This document shows, piece after piece, positions 1 through 11,900 of a DNA stretch of 64,000 nt. Made by a program: the position numbers and the translations under genes. Within the stretch, counting starts at the first letter, position 1. Each line of letters begins with the position of its first letter. The notes under the pieces were generated by a model. That model had not been told where the DNA came from. It did not search any database and saw nothing but the letters and a program-made list of their open reading frames with translations. This stretch comes from an uncultured delta proteobacterium (GTDB lineage: Bacteria > Desulfobacterota > Desulfobacteria > Desulfobacterales > JAFDCJ01). The DNA lies in NCBI GenBank assembly GCA_963769935.1, contig CAVYNY010000013.1, positions 448,001-512,000 on the forward strand, in the 5' to 3' direction.

Positions 1-1123
1 AGGCGCCGATAATGGAGACCGGGATGGCCAGCACCGGGATGATGGTGGCCCGCAGCGTCCGCAAAAAGATCAGCACCACCAGGGAGACAAGCAAGAAAGT
101 GATGAAAAGGGTTTTGGTCACCTCGTGAATCGAGTCCCGGATGTAATCGGTTACGTCCATCGCCACCTTGATTGCCACGCCCTTGGGCAGAATTCCCCGG
201 ATGCCGGACAGGGCCTGGTGCACTTCATTGGAAATGTCGATGGCATTGGATTTGGTCAGGGGGACGACGCCCACGCCGACGACCGGCTTGCCGTTGAAGC
301 TTGCAATCGTGTCGTAGCTTTCGGCTCCCAGCTGCACCCAGCCGATGTCCCGGATCCGCACCGGAGCTCCGTTCACCTTGCGAATGACCAGGTCGGCGTA
401 GCCTTTGGGATCCTTCATTTGGCCGTTGGCCACGACGTTGAAAAAGAGGGCGTCGGATTTGATCTGGCCGGCCGGAAGCTGAACGTTGTTGTCGGCCAGT
501 GTACTGACGACATCGGCCACCGTTATGCCGTAGCCGGTCATTTTGGCGGGATTGAGCCAGACGCGCATGGCCCAGGTATAATCTCCGCCGATGATGACAT
601 TGCCTACGCCGGGCAAAATCTCCACCCGCCGCTTGACAATCAGATCGGCTATTTGGCTGAGCTGCTCAAGGGAGTAGTTTTCCCCTTGGAGCACGAGCCA
701 GATGATCGGTTGCGCTGTAGAGCTTACTTTCGAGACCACCGGCCGCTCCACGTTGGGAGAGTTGGGCAGGTTGTTGATGGCCTTGCTCACGGCGTTGGTT
801 ACGTCCTGGACCGCGGCGTCGACGTTGCGGTTGGATTTGAACTCGATATTGATGGCGCTCACGCCGAAAGAACTCTGCGAGGAGATATCGCGAATGTCGT
901 CGATCGAATTGAGGCTCTCTTCCAGGGGGTTGGTTACGGTAGCTTCGACGGTTTCCGGACTGGCCCCGGTGTATACCGTGGTGACGGAGACCACCGGCCG
1001 GGTGATATCCGGATACTGCCGGACCGACAGGGCCAGATAGGCGGCGATGCCCACCAGCAAAATCAACAGGCTGAGCACGGATGCGAGCACCGGCCGTTTG
1101 ATGGAAATGTCCGACAGCATCAT
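1..1123 (-). CDS. RND efflux permease (AcrB/AcrD/AcrF family), partial; runs off the window start
   Basis: Not in the ORF track. Manual minus-strand translation from the ATG at 1123 gives MMLSDISIKRPVLASVLSLLILLVGIAAYLALSVRQYPDI...AMRVWLNP...LRATIIPVLAIPVSIIG. ATGA overlap with the upstream MFP stop. Confidence 0.93.
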   Translation of the reverse strand, partial: MMLSDISIKRPVLASVLSLLILLVGIAAYLALSVRQYPDITRPVVSVTTVYTGASPETVEATVTNPLEESLNSIDDIRDISSQSSFGVSAINIEFKSNRNVDAAVQDVTNAVSKAINNLPNSPNVERPVVSKVSSTAQPIIWLVLQGENYSLEQLSQIADLIVKRRVEILPGVGNVIIGGDYTWAMRVWLNPAKMTGYGITVADVVSTLADNNVQLPAGQIKSDALFFNVVANGQMKDPKGYADLVIRKVNGAPVRIRDIGWVQLGAESYDTIASFNGKPVVGVGVVPLTKSNAIDISNEVHQALSGIRGILPKGVAIKVAMDVTDYIRDSIHEVTKTLFITFLLVSLVVLIFLRTLRATIIPVLAIPVSIIGA

Positions 1124-2319
1124 GAGGCGCTGTTCTCCTGTGGATTGGTGAGGTCGAGCCGCTGGTTGTGGATCGGCTGGTAGGCCGATACGATCAGCTT
1201 CGCCCCGGGGTATAGCTTCTGCACGCCGGCGGTGATCACCCGGTCCGTGGGCTTGAGCCCGGATATGATCTCGACCCAGTTGTTTTGGAAAACGCCCACT
1301 TCCACGCTGCGCTGCTCGGCTTTGTCTTCCGGTGCCACAACCCACACGTACCGGGCGTCGCCCTCCGGAACAATCGCCTGGGCCGGCACGAACAGGGTAT
1401 CGGGTTTTGTTCCCACAATCAGCCGGACATGCGCAAACATACCGGGTTTGAGCAGCAGCTTCGGATTCGGGACGGTGGCCTGGACGTGGATGTTGCGTGA
1501 ATCGGCGTCCAGGGCCGGGTCGATGGTGGTCACCGCCCCTTCAAATTCTCCGGTGAGGCCCGGCACGGCAAAATTCGCTTTTTGCCCCGGCATGATGCGG
1601 CCGATGGTCTGTTGGGGAAGTTCAAAATCCAGAAAAAGAGGATCCATCTGTCTGATGCTGACAATCGCATCGCCGGCCTTCAGATAGGCACCCAGACTCA
1701 CCTGCCGCATGCCGAGCGCGCCTGTGAAAGGCGCCCGGATGCTCGTGTATTGGAGATTGACCTGGGCTTGCGCCAGTTGGGCCTCGGCTTGCTGCACGGC
1801 CGTTTCATCGCTTTGCAGCTGCTGCTCGGAAACCCCCCCGGTTTTAACCACCTGCCGGTCGCGTTCATAAACGCCGCGGGCATTGGTCAGCGTTGCTTCA
1901 GCCGCCGCCAGCGCGGCTTTCTGAATGGAATCGTCCAGCCGGGCGAGAACCGTCCCCCGCTGCCGGACCTGCCCCTGCGCGATATTGAGCAACACGGCTC
2001 GGCCGTCAATTTGAGGGGCGACAACGGTTTCCTGAGGACTGGACAAGCTGCCGACGGCGGGAATCTCCTGGTTCAATTCGGCAACTTTAACCGGGGCGGC
2101 TTCCACATGGACGGGCATCGCAGCGGCACCCATCGATTCTTCCCCGCTCCGGCAGGCTTGTATGAGGAGCAGACCCAGGATCAGGCCGACATAAAGCGCC
2201 GCACCACGCAAACCGTGGCGGACCCTTTCACCCGCTCCGGGCACGGAAAGGGTCCGGCAATAGGGGAGCGCCTGGCGGCGCCTTCTGATGGAATAGATTA
2301 TCCGCGTGATGTCTGGCAT
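1120..2319 (-). CDS. RND periplasmic adaptor (membrane fusion protein)
   Basis: ORF 1120..2430 has biotinyl-like/hairpin MFP motifs (IRAPFTGALG, LKPGMFA). The start is uncertain; ATG 2319 was chosen. Confidence 0.9.
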   Translation of the reverse strand: MPDITRIIYSIRRRRQALPYCRTLSVPGAGERVRHGLRGAALYVGLILGLLLIQACRSGEESMGAAAMPVHVEAAPVKVAELNQEIPAVGSLSSPQETVVAPQIDGRAVLLNIAQGQVRQRGTVLARLDDSIQKAALAAAEATLTNARGVYERDRQVVKTGGVSEQQLQSDETAVQQAEAQLAQAQVNLQYTSIRAPFTGALGMRQVSLGAYLKAGDAIVSIRQMDPLFLDFELPQQTIGRIMPGQKANFAVPGLTGEFEGAVTTIDPALDADSRNIHVQATVPNPKLLLKPGMFAHVRLIVGTKPDTLFVPAQAIVPEGDARYVWVVAPEDKAEQRSVEVGVFQNNWVEIISGLKPTDRVITAGVQKLYPGAKLIVSAYQPIHNQRLDLTNPQENSAS

Positions 2320-2605
2320 ACCTTCAAATTCTCGCTTCAGCGCGACGAGGACCCGGGCGGCTGGAAAGCTAAACTCACCCAACGGTTCATTCGCCGCCGT
2401 CTTCACCCTGCCGGCCAATTTAGGGTTCAAGGCTTTGTGATTTAGAAATTAACGCCGCGGCCTGCGGTACGCTATAAGTATCTGTCTGATTATGATGTAG
2501 GAAAGGTCAGGAAGTTGGTGTCGGTAGTTGTCCTACGCGGAACGATTGGGATGCGCACCGCTGACTTCATCTACTTGGATCTTGAGGGGAGGATTTTAAT
2601 TTCAA

Positions 2606-3211
2606 TTAAATTCTCAAGCTTTCTTTCAATCGCGGGTCAATCCGGGCCAGGCCTACTCCCATTCCCGTAAAGTTCGTTTGTATATCAAACTCGCAGCCCC
2701 AGATGAATGTCTTGGCATTTACGATGACGGCTACAAGTTTGGCACCCTTCAGATTGGCTTTCCACAGATCGGCACCGTTTAGATTGGCCCTGGTAAGATC
2801 GGCACCTTCCAGATCGGCCCATATAAGCTCCGCCTCTTTCATATTGGCTTCCAAAAGCTCGGCACCTTTGAGATTGGCTTTCCATAGTTCAGCGCCTTCC
2901 AGATTGACCTGAAAGAGATCGGCGCCTTCCAGATCAGCATCCAAAAGATTAGCGCCTTTGAGATTCGCGCACCGGAGATTGGCTCCCCTTAAATTTGCTT
3001 TCCAAAGATCAGCGTCTGCCAGATCGACTTTCGAAAGATCAGCGCCTTGCAGGTTGGCGCCGCCGAGTTCGGCGCCTTCCAATAAAACTGGTGCCTCCTT
3101 AATATTTTTACGCCATTCATTCCACGCATTCAGATCCCCTCTTTCTGAGCACCGGGTGAGTAATTCATAGTGGGTTCTGTTAAACTGCCTTGGGTTTACT
3201 TCATTGATCAT
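2606..3211 (-). CDS. Pentapeptide repeat protein
   Basis: About 20 tandem A(D/N/E)Lxx repeats after a WNEWR N-terminal cap. Confidence 0.9.
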   Translation of the reverse strand: MINEVNPRQFNRTHYELLTRCSERGDLNAWNEWRKNIKEAPVLLEGAELGGANLQGADLSKVDLADADLWKANLRGANLRCANLKGANLLDADLEGADLFQVNLEGAELWKANLKGAELLEANMKEAELIWADLEGADLTRANLNGADLWKANLKGAKLVAVIVNAKTFIWGCEFDIQTNFTGMGVGLARIDPRLKESLRI

Positions 3212-3510
3212 TATTCTGGCTTTCTTTAAAAAGGTTGCTCAAATCGGTTCAATGCTCAAGTGTGACCTCACGCTTTCGCAAAATCCATGTGTTCGAAGCT
3301 TAATCAAAAGGTAAGACCGGGAGTTAATCGCAGGATAACGCAAAAATGATTAAAATGTTATGTTCGGTTACAATTACAGCGCTCCAGGTTCAAAGCACCG
3401 CACATGTCAAAAAATCAATGTTGACTATAAAGCCCGCTTTCGCTATCCGGATGATTATAGGTTTCCTTGAATTGGACGTCTGGGACTTGCGGCAACGGGT
3501 TGAATGAAAG

Positions 3511-4017
3511 ATGGAAAAGTTGATTCAAAAGATCGTAGTCTTCATGCCGGTATTGGGAGTGAGTCTGTTCATATTGTTGGCATTCTGGCTTGTCGCGGTT
3601 ATTTTTCAGAAGATAGTCCACGGGATGGGAGAACGATCGAGGCTCAATCCGGATATCGTCGGTCTGCTGGACCGAATCATCAAAGCCGGCATCGTCGGTT
3701 TCGGCATTGTCACGGCCCTCGGCACGGCCCACGTCAATGTATCTGCTCTGGTAGCCGGTCTGGGCCTGACCGGGTTTGCTCTCGGCTTCGCCCTGAAAGA
3801 CGCGCTTTCCAACACACTTGCCGGGGTATTAATCCTCATCTACCAACCCTTTCGACGAGGCGACCATATCAACATCAGCGGTTTTGACGGTACGGTCGAC
3901 CAAATCGATCTGCGATACACCACGCTGACTTCTGCGGGAGACAAGATCCTCATTCCCAACTCCACCATGTTTACCAATCCGATCAAAGTGGTTGGTGGGT
4001 CGAAGTCCGGAAACTGA
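3511..4017 (+). CDS. Small MscS-family mechanosensitive channel
   Basis: GLGLTGFALGFALKDALSNTLAG, PFRRGDHI and IPNS motifs. Confidence 0.9.
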   Translation: MEKLIQKIVVFMPVLGVSLFILLAFWLVAVIFQKIVHGMGERSRLNPDIVGLLDRIIKAGIVGFGIVTALGTAHVNVSALVAGLGLTGFALGFALKDALSNTLAGVLILIYQPFRRGDHINISGFDGTVDQIDLRYTTLTSAGDKILIPNSTMFTNPIKVVGGSKSGN

Positions 4018-4278
4018 GGGACGTGGCCTTTGGACACCTATCCGCCTATTCTTTAAAGATCAAGGGAACTTTGATTTCGCCGCGGATGATACGAAACCAT
4101 TCCAGGCCTTTACAGGATGTCAAAAATTCTACTAAATACGAATTCTACTCGCATCGGGGCATAAGGTCTTTCCGCCTTCAATATACATCATAGATCCCAT
4201 AAACATACATAATAAAACCCATATACGACACACCTGACATAGCCTAAACATTAAACCGCCATTTTATCCGGACTTGCC

Positions 4279-4638
4279 TTCCAGGAGGGTGAAGAGGCCG
4301 ATTACTTTTATGTCATCCGTCATGGAAGAGTGGCGCTCGACATACACGGCGCCCATCGGGGTACGATCACGATTGAAACCGTTGAGGCTGGTGAGATCAT
4401 CGGCTGGTCCTGGCTGAGTCCGCCCTATCGATGGCGATTCAGCGCCCGGGCCGTTGTAAAAACCAGAGCCATCGCACTGGACGGAAGATGTCTGCGGGGC
4501 AAGTGCGAGCAGAACTACCAGCTGGGTTATGAACTGTTCAAGCGGTTTGCGCATGTTTTCTCAGAGCGCCTGGATCATACCATCCTTCAACTGCTCGATG
4601 TATATTGTGAACCTCCCGCTAAAAAAATAAGTCGCTGA
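4279..4638 (+). pseudogene. Cyclic-nucleotide-binding domain protein, 5'-truncated (hydrogenase-operon type)
   Basis: The frame reads FQEGEEADYFYVIRHGRVAL...GEIIGWSWL from 4279. An in-frame TAA lies at 4252 and there is no start codon before the conserved core. Confidence 0.75.
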
Positions 4639-4647
4639 GGAAAATTT

Positions 4648-5478
4648 ATGAATACTCCCTTTGCCGAGCCCATGCAACCGGTCCCCTGTCTTGTCCAGGG
4701 GTTTGAGCGCGAGACCCATGACACCTTTACCCTGGAATTGAAAACGCCTTCGCAACCGGTATTTGCGCCGGGGCAGTTTAATATGCTCTATGTATTCGGG
4801 ACGGGCGAAGTCCCTATTTCCATCAGCAGTAATCCGGCCGATCCGGAATCGATCAAACATACCACCCGGGTTGTCGGTAAGGTTACCCAAGCCATGCAGG
4901 CGCTCAAACCGGGCGATACCATCGGGGTGCGGGGGCCTTTTGGTAGCAGCTGGCCACTGGAGCTTGGCCGGGGCAAAGATGTGGTCGTCATTGCCGGCGG
5001 CATCGGGCTGGCCCCTTTGAGGCCCGCTCTGTTTGAGATGCTTGCCTATCGCGAACGATTTCATCGCATCATCCTGTTATACGGGACCCGCACCCCGCGC
5101 GACATCCTGTTCAGAAGCGATTTGAAACGCTGGCGATCTCATTTTGACCTGGAAGTATACATTACGGTGGATAGGGCCATGGAGGGCTGGCAGGGAAATG
5201 TCGGCGTCGTCATCAAGCTGATTCCGCGGGCGCAGTTTGATCCATCCAATGCCATCGCCCTGATCTGCGGCCCGGAAGTGATGATGCGCTTCAGCATCGC
5301 GGCGCTGCAGCAGCGCGGTGTCGGCAATGAAAATATCTTTGTATCCATGGAGCGCAATATGGAATGCGGTCTCGGTTTTTGCGGACATAGTCAGTACGGC
5401 CCCCATTTTGTGTGCAAAGACGGTCCGGTCTTTCGCTATGATCGTATCGAACCGATTTTCAGAAAAGTGGAGGTTTAA
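4648..5478 (+). CDS. Group 3b NiFe hydrogenase/sulfhydrogenase gamma-like FAD/NAD(P)-binding subunit
   Basis: [37 protein letters not shown] and [14 protein letters not shown]...VCKDGPVF motifs. Confidence 0.88.
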   Translation: MNTPFAEPMQPVPCLVQGFERETHDTFTLELKTPSQPVFAPGQFNMLYVFGTGEVPISISSNPADPESIKHTTRVVGKVTQAMQALKPGDTIGVRGPFGSSWPLELGRGKDVVVIAGGIGLAPLRPALFEMLAYRERFHRIILLYGTRTPRDILFRSDLKRWRSHFDLEVYITVDRAMEGWQGNVGVVIKLIPRAQFDPSNAIALICGPEVMMRFSIAALQQRGVGNENIFVSMERNMECGLGFCGHSQYGPHFVCKDGPVFRYDRIEPIFRKVEV

Positions 5479-5480
5479 AA

Positions 5481-5771
5481 ATGACCAGAAATCCCAAACC
5501 CAAACTGGCGGTGTGGAAATTTGCATCCTGTGACGGCTGCCAGTTGAGTCTGTTGGATCGTGAGGATCAGCTGCTGGAAATCAGCGCTGAAGTTGATATC
5601 GCCAACTTTGCCGAAGCTTCCCGGGCCGTCGTCCAAGGCCCTTATGATCTGTCGCTGGTTGAAGGCTCCATCACGACGCCCCATGACGAGCAGCGCATTC
5701 ATAAAATTCGCCGGTGGTCGAAATTTTTGGCTCCTATTGGCGCGTGCGCAACGCCGTATTTTATTTCATGA
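5481..5771 (+). pseudogene. Group 3b hydrogenase delta (small) subunit, C-terminally truncated
   Basis: [16 protein letters not shown]...VEGSIT...IGACAT, then ends abruptly (96 aa) against the convergent OPT gene. Confidence 0.85.
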
Positions 5772-7671
5772 TGCCTGCTGCTCCCAGCAAAGCGACCACA
5801 ACGCCCATCAGGCTTTCACCGGCAATCACGCCGGAGGCCACCGGGATGGTATAGCTTTGGGCGACTTCGCCGGCTTGCCGGGCGAGAATCCAGGCTGCCA
5901 GCGCACCGGCAAAGATGGATAAGGTGTTATAAAACGGAACGACAAAGGCCAGGCCGAGGCCCATGGCCGAGGGGATGAATGCCCGGGCCTGCTTCGGCAG
6001 GCAGCGCTCCAAAACAGGGATGATGATCCCCACCAGGCTGCCGATAACCAGGGCCCAGCGCTCGGTAACGTCGAGGCTGGACAGGCCGTGGGCTAAAAGC
6101 TCGGCCACACCTTTCCAAATTTGGGCCGCCGGAGCGGGAAACTTTTCGCCGCCCAGAACGGAGGGGTTGGGAACGATCAGGTAAAAGGCCGGCACGATCA
6201 CCAGGGCGCCGGCGAAGATGCCCAGAAATTGGGCGATAAACTGCTTGCGGGGATTGGCACCCAATAAATACCCTGATTTCAAATCCGTCAGCAGGTCGGC
6301 CGCGGAGGAGGCCGCCCCGGCTGTAACGCAGGCGGTCATCAGATTGGTAATAATTCCGGCAGGGGCGACCACTCCGTAAAAAAGCTGTGTAATTTTTCCC
6401 ATGGCCCCGACCGGGGTGATGTCCGTCTCGCCGGTTGCCCGGCAGGCCACGACAGCCAGAAAAAAAGTCATAACGACCGACGCCACGCCCATCCACCAGT
6501 GAATGGAGAAACTGACCACCTGGATGAACACCACACCAATGGCAGCCACGGCCACGCCCGCAACGAACCAGGTTCCCGGTACTTCAATCGCCTCCAAAGC
6601 AGCATGTTCTTCGATAGGAGTGCGGTGCCGTCCGAGCGGCAGTATCCGACTGACGGCCGCCAAACCGCGCCCGAGAGTCCGCCACTGGAGCCCGAGCGTG
6701 AACAGGCCGGAGGCCAGCATGATCGCCGTCCCCCCCCAAAGGCTCCACGCCACGATCCCCCGATAGCCGAGGTGCTGGATGACGCCTTGCCGATACATCG
6801 CGGGAGCCAGAAATCCGTAGTTCAACAATCCGCCCAGCAGCATGCTCCACGCCACGCGAAGGCCGATAATGGCCCCGGCAGCGACCAGGATCAGGCTCAG
6901 ATCCCAGGAGATCGTCCATTGCTTCAGCGTGTGCCCGGCGATCGTTCCGGGGAATTCCAATAAACCCGGAATCTTTAAAAGCCTTGGGTACCAGGCAAAG
7001 GTGTTGGAACGCGCGAAGGCGAAGGCCGCCCCCAGCAACCCGGAAATCCCTAAACTGCGGGCCTTCCGGGTTGCCGCCGTGCCGGTCGCATACAAAGAGC
7101 GCAGGGTCTGGGCGGCGGCCACCCCGCTGGGAAATCTGAGCTGCTCCACGTTGATCATCTGGCGCTTCATGGGGACGGCCATCATGACCCCCAGAAGGGC
7201 CAGAAAAATGGTCCAGAGCAGCAGCGTATGAAAGGGCAGGTGTTCTCCCCGGATCATCAAAAGCGCCGAGATTGCGCCGACCATGGTGCTGCCGGTGGAA
7301 TAGCCCGCCGAACTCGCCGCGGACTGCATGCAGTTGTTTTCGAGGATGCTCAGGTTGGTTTTGAGGACGCCGAATTTGGTCAGGGCGGCCCCGATGGAAA
7401 ATGACAGGATGCAGGCGGTAATGGCCACGCCCAGACCCCATCCCGTTTTCAGCCCGACATACAGGTTTGAAAGGCTCATGACCGCGCCCAGGACCATGCC
7501 GATGAGGACGGCACGCGGCGTAAGCTGGGGGATGTCTCCGCGATAGTGTTTGTCAAACCACTCCTGCTCTATCTGAAGCGGACTCTTGCCGGTCGGGTCG
7601 ATACCGAAAAACTCCTGGGCACGGTCGGTCTTTTCGATTTGCTGCGTCGATTTTTGGTCCGCTGAATCCAT
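5761..7671 (-). CDS. OPT-family oligopeptide transporter
   Basis: [32 protein letters not shown] and [15 protein letters not shown] motifs; many TM segments. Confidence 0.92.
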   Translation of the reverse strand: MDSADQKSTQQIEKTDRAQEFFGIDPTGKSPLQIEQEWFDKHYRGDIPQLTPRAVLIGMVLGAVMSLSNLYVGLKTGWGLGVAITACILSFSIGAALTKFGVLKTNLSILENNCMQSAASSAGYSTGSTMVGAISALLMIRGEHLPFHTLLLWTIFLALLGVMMAVPMKRQMINVEQLRFPSGVAAAQTLRSLYATGTAATRKARSLGISGLLGAAFAFARSNTFAWYPRLLKIPGLLEFPGTIAGHTLKQWTISWDLSLILVAAGAIIGLRVAWSMLLGGLLNYGFLAPAMYRQGVIQHLGYRGIVAWSLWGGTAIMLASGLFTLGLQWRTLGRGLAAVSRILPLGRHRTPIEEHAALEAIEVPGTWFVAGVAVAAIGVVFIQVVSFSIHWWMGVASVVMTFFLAVVACRATGETDITPVGAMGKITQLFYGVVAPAGIITNLMTACVTAGAASSAADLLTDLKSGYLLGANPRKQFIAQFLGIFAGALVIVPAFYLIVPNPSVLGGEKFPAPAAQIWKGVAELLAHGLSSLDVTERWALVIGSLVGIIIPVLERCLPKQARAFIPSAMGLGLAFVVPFYNTLSIFAGALAAWILARQAGEVAQSYTIPVASGVIAGESLMGVVVALLGAAGIMK

Positions 7672-7740
7672 CTGAAAATATGCCCTTTGTCCTCAAACGC
7701 CCTTTAGGCTGATTTGATCCGCGGCAACGTTCCAGCCGTT

Positions 7741-8880
7741 TCACTTCTCACCGGCAGGCGTCGTGGCCGCCGAATACGCTTGGACGTCTGGGCTCGAGTT
7801 CCGGTCCATTTGAATGCGAATGCGCGGCAGCGTGTCCGGAAACCGCTTCTGCATGAATTCGAGAAGTTTTTCGCGCACCTCGCACCGCAAGTTCCAGGCG
7901 GAGGGCGAATCCACCGCGCTCATAAGCGCCCGCAATTCAATGACTTGCTTCGTGGCATCGGTCACCTGCAAGACGCCCACTTTTTTGTCCCAGTAGCTCG
8001 AGTCCTCAAGGATTCGTTGAAGTTCTTCGCGAACGGCCTGCACGGGAACGGTGTAGTCGGCATAAAGGAAAACGCTTCCGAGCAGATCTGCTGATTTGCG
8101 GGTCCAGTTCTGGAAAGGTTTTTCGACAAAATAAGCAATCGGCACAATCAACCGGCGCAGGTCCCAGATTCGGACGACCACATAGGTCAAAGTGATTTCT
8201 TCGATCCAGCCCCACTCGTTTTCGACAATCACCACGTCATCCAGACGGATCGGCTGGGCGATGGCAATTTGAATGCCGGCAATGACGTTTCCCAGGGTGC
8301 GCTGGGCGGCCAGACCCAGAACAATACCCATGACACCCGCGGAAGCCAGCAGGCTGATCCCGACTTCTCTCACGCGATTGAATGACATCAAAACCGCCGC
8401 GCTGGCAAGAACGACTATCCCAATGGTGATGATGCGCTCGATAACCCGTATCTGAGTATACATCCGCCGGGCCTGCAGATTGTCCCGGGCGTCGATGTGG
8501 TAGCGGCTGAGCACGAGATCCCGGCCAAAGCCAACGACTTTGAGCGAGAACCAGGCCACCGCAACGATCAGCCATATGGTCAGGACATGGCGGCTCACCT
8601 GCAATGCTTTTGGGGGAAGTTTCATAAAAGGCAGCATGATGCTGAAAAAAATTGCCGGGATCAAAGCCCGCAGGGGAGCTTTGAAATAGGTCACATGCGG
8701 CCGCATGCCTTTTTCGGCAACGCCCTTGCGGGCATGCCAGCGCTTCAAAACGAAGGTGACGACGGCATAACAAACAAGGCTGATGACGATCACGGCCAGA
8801 AACAGCAGGAGCGAGGTTTGCGCTGCCGTCAGCTTGTGCCATTGTTGCAGCAAGGCTTCGTTTATTTGAGCGATCTTCAT
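7741..8880 (-). CDS. MscS-family mechanosensitive channel
   Basis: LLASAGVMGIVLGLAAQRTLGN, PIRLDDVV and PFQNWTR motifs. Confidence 0.92.
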   Translation of the reverse strand: MKIAQINEALLQQWHKLTAAQTSLLLFLAVIVISLVCYAVVTFVLKRWHARKGVAEKGMRPHVTYFKAPLRALIPAIFFSIMLPFMKLPPKALQVSRHVLTIWLIVAVAWFSLKVVGFGRDLVLSRYHIDARDNLQARRMYTQIRVIERIITIGIVVLASAAVLMSFNRVREVGISLLASAGVMGIVLGLAAQRTLGNVIAGIQIAIAQPIRLDDVVIVENEWGWIEEITLTYVVVRIWDLRRLIVPIAYFVEKPFQNWTRKSADLLGSVFLYADYTVPVQAVREELQRILEDSSYWDKKVGVLQVTDATKQVIELRALMSAVDSPSAWNLRCEVREKLLEFMQKRFPDTLPRIRIQMDRNSSPDVQAYSAATTPAGEK

Positions 8881-8966
8881 ATTGATATCCTTACTATACG
8901 GTAGCGGCCGGCGAAACGGTCTTCATCCAGGCGTCCCCTTTTCGCTTCGCGCCGAACCTGGCACTG

Positions 8967-11900
8967 TCATGACCGGTGCTCATCTTCTTTGACGAAGCGC
9001 CTGGCATACGCCATATAATATACGACCGGCACGACCACCAGGGTGAAAAGGGTGGAAATAAAGACACCGAAAATCAGCGCCCATGCCAGGCCCGAAAAGA
9101 TGGGGTCCAGGGTGATGGGCCAGGCGGCCAGCATAACCGTCATTGAAGTGAGGAATATGGGACGGGTTCGCAAAGCCCCGGCCTCGATAAGGGAACGGAT
9201 GAGAGGTTTGCCCTCTTTTTTGCGCTCCTCGACGAATTCAATCAGCAGGATGGCGTTGCGGGTCGCAATTCCCGCCAGGGCGATCATGCCGATCATCGCC
9301 GTAGCCGTAAAATAGATCGGATTGGCAAAACCGCCGACCGCTTTGGCGGCCACCAGATTGAGCAACCAGAATCCCGGTATGATGCCGATGATGGACAGCG
9401 GCAGGGCAATCAGCTGGATGGCCGGCAGCAGATAGCTTTGGGTTTGATAAAGCAGCAGAATGTAGATGCCGAATACGGCCACCAAAAAGGCAATCCCCAT
9501 ATCGCGAAAAACCTGGAGGGTAATGTGCATTTCCCCTTCGCCGAACCAATTGATGTCATAGTCTTTGAGCCGGGGATCCGTTTTAACCTTCTCGGAGAGG
9601 GTAAACACCACCTCCGGTGGGGGAAGACCGGCCGTATCGCCGAAGACGTAAACGACCCGCTGCAGATTCTTGTGATAAATGGGCTGATCGATGACCTTTT
9701 CTTCAAAGGACCCCAGCTCTGAAAGAAATACCACATTTCCGGTTGCGCCCTTTATCGGCAGCTGCCCAAGGCTGGCTGGCAGCGTCCGCCGGTCGCGTGG
9801 CAGCTGCAGGACAACGGGCAGGGGGTGGACCTGGTCCGGCAGCCGCAGAGCAGTGGTATCCTCACCGTTAACCGCCCCCTGCAGAAGGGCCGCGATTTGC
9901 TGATCGTTAATGCCGTTGAGTGCGGCTTTGGTTCGATCCACCCGGAAGACAACCTCTTTCTGCGGGGCTACGATCACGTCGTGCAGGTCTACCACATCCG
10001 GGATCTCGGCCATAAGACGCCGCACGTTCCGGGCCCCTTCCACCAGCGCTGCGTAGGACTGGTCGAAGCTGGCCGGGAAAACTTCGGCCACCAGGGTCGC
10101 GATGACAGGGGGCCCGGGCGGGCTCTCGACAATCTGAATTTCGGCGCGGTGACGCCGGGCGATCGCGGTCAGTTCGTTCCTCAGTCTGAGGGCAATGGCG
10201 TGGCTCTGCTGGGCCCTGTGCTTCTTCGCAACGAGGTTCAACCGGATATCGCCCTGATAGATGCCGTGCCGCAGATAGTAATGGCGCACAAGCCCGTTGA
10301 AATCCATGGGGCTGTTGGTGCCCGCGAACGTCGTCACATCGGTGACCTCCGGGAGCCGGACCAGGTAGTCGGCCAGGGTGTGGGAGACCGCTGCGGTGGT
10401 CTCCAAACTGGTTCCCCGCGGCATATCGATGACGACCTGGAGCTGGTTCTTGTTGTCAAACGGCAGCATCTTGAGTGGAACCCGGCGGGACAGCACGAGC
10501 CATCCGGCAAATCCCAGGAGGAGAACGACCACCATAATGACCGCTTTGCGCAAACCCGGCGAACGGAAGAAAGGCGCCATTATCGCCCGATAAAGGCGAA
10601 ACAGGGGGCTTTCCTCCAGGACAAACGGCTTTTCAGCCGGTTTGTCGTATCCTCCTTTTAAGAGATGGTAGGATAGCCAGGGGGTGATGGTGAAGGCGAC
10701 CACCATGCTCATGAGCATGGTCAGCGGCACATTGAGCGCCATGGGCGCCATGTACGGCCCCATCATGCCGGTGATAAAAAACATGGGCAGAAAGGATATG
10801 ATCACGGCGAATGTAGCCAGAATAATGGGCGGTCGCACCTCATTCACGGCGTTGAGTACTGCCTGGAGGGGATCGTGGGTTCGCATGGCGAAATGGCGGT
10901 GGATATTTTCCACATCCACGATAGGGTCATCCACCACGAGCCCCAAGGCCAGGATCAGGGCGAAAAGCGTCACCCGGTTGATGGTATAGCCCAGCAGGTA
11001 ATTGATCAGCAGCGTGAGGCTGAAAGTGATGGGCACAGCCAGGGCAATGATCAGTCCCTCGCGCCACCCTAAAGTGTAGGCTAAAAGGGCTACCACAATG
11101 ATGATGGCGACCACCAAAGCCTCGACCAGATCGTTTACTTTGTCGTCGGCGCTGCGGCCAGAGTCCCTGGTGACGCGCAGAAAGACGCCTTCCGGCAGCG
11201 CCTGCTCGGCAAACAGCCGGGCCTCGGTTTGAACCTCCCGCGAGACTATGACCGCATTGGTTTTTTTGCGCTTGGCAACGGCCACGGTTACCGCCGGGTA
11301 CTCCTTGTAGCGCTCGATTCCGGCAGGCATTTCACTTTGGGGCGCGGCCGGATCCCATGCCGTGAAGGCGCCTGTTCCGAAGGCAATCCGAGTATAGTCC
11401 TTGGCTTCCGTCGGGCCGTCCCGGACTTTGGCCACCTCCCATAAATAAACCGGCTGATCCTGGTAGACGCCGACGATCAAATTTTTTACCGCTTGCGCCG
11501 AGGCGAGAAAACTGCCGGCTTTGAGCCGAATGTCGGCATCCTGTTGGGTCAGGTCCCCGGCCTGCAGGGCAACATTGGCTCCGGTCAGGGCGCGCTGAAT
11601 GTCCTGCATGGAGATGCCGCGGCTTGCCATGCGTTCGGGAAAGAGATGAACGCTCACCTCCCGCGGCCGGCCGCCGACAAGGTAGGTCGGTCCGGCGTTG
11701 GATACAGCCTGCAGACGGATCTCCATTTCCTCCGCCATCCGGCGGAGCTCATAGTCGCTGTATTCGGCGCTGTAAAGCGTAATGGCCACGATGGGCACAT
11801 CGTCGATTTCCTTGGGTTTGACCACCCAGCCGCTGACTCCCGGCGGCACCTTGTCGATGTTGGAACTGATCTTGTTGTAAAGTTTCACCCAGCTTCTTTC

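Noticed and set aside
125..1183. 352-aa plus-strand ORF
   Set aside because: It is the antisense shadow of the RND permease on the minus strand.
4100..4278. IS end at the hydrogenase-remnant junction
   Set aside because: The AT-rich tract has an abrupt boundary, but no partner inverted repeat or transposase was found.
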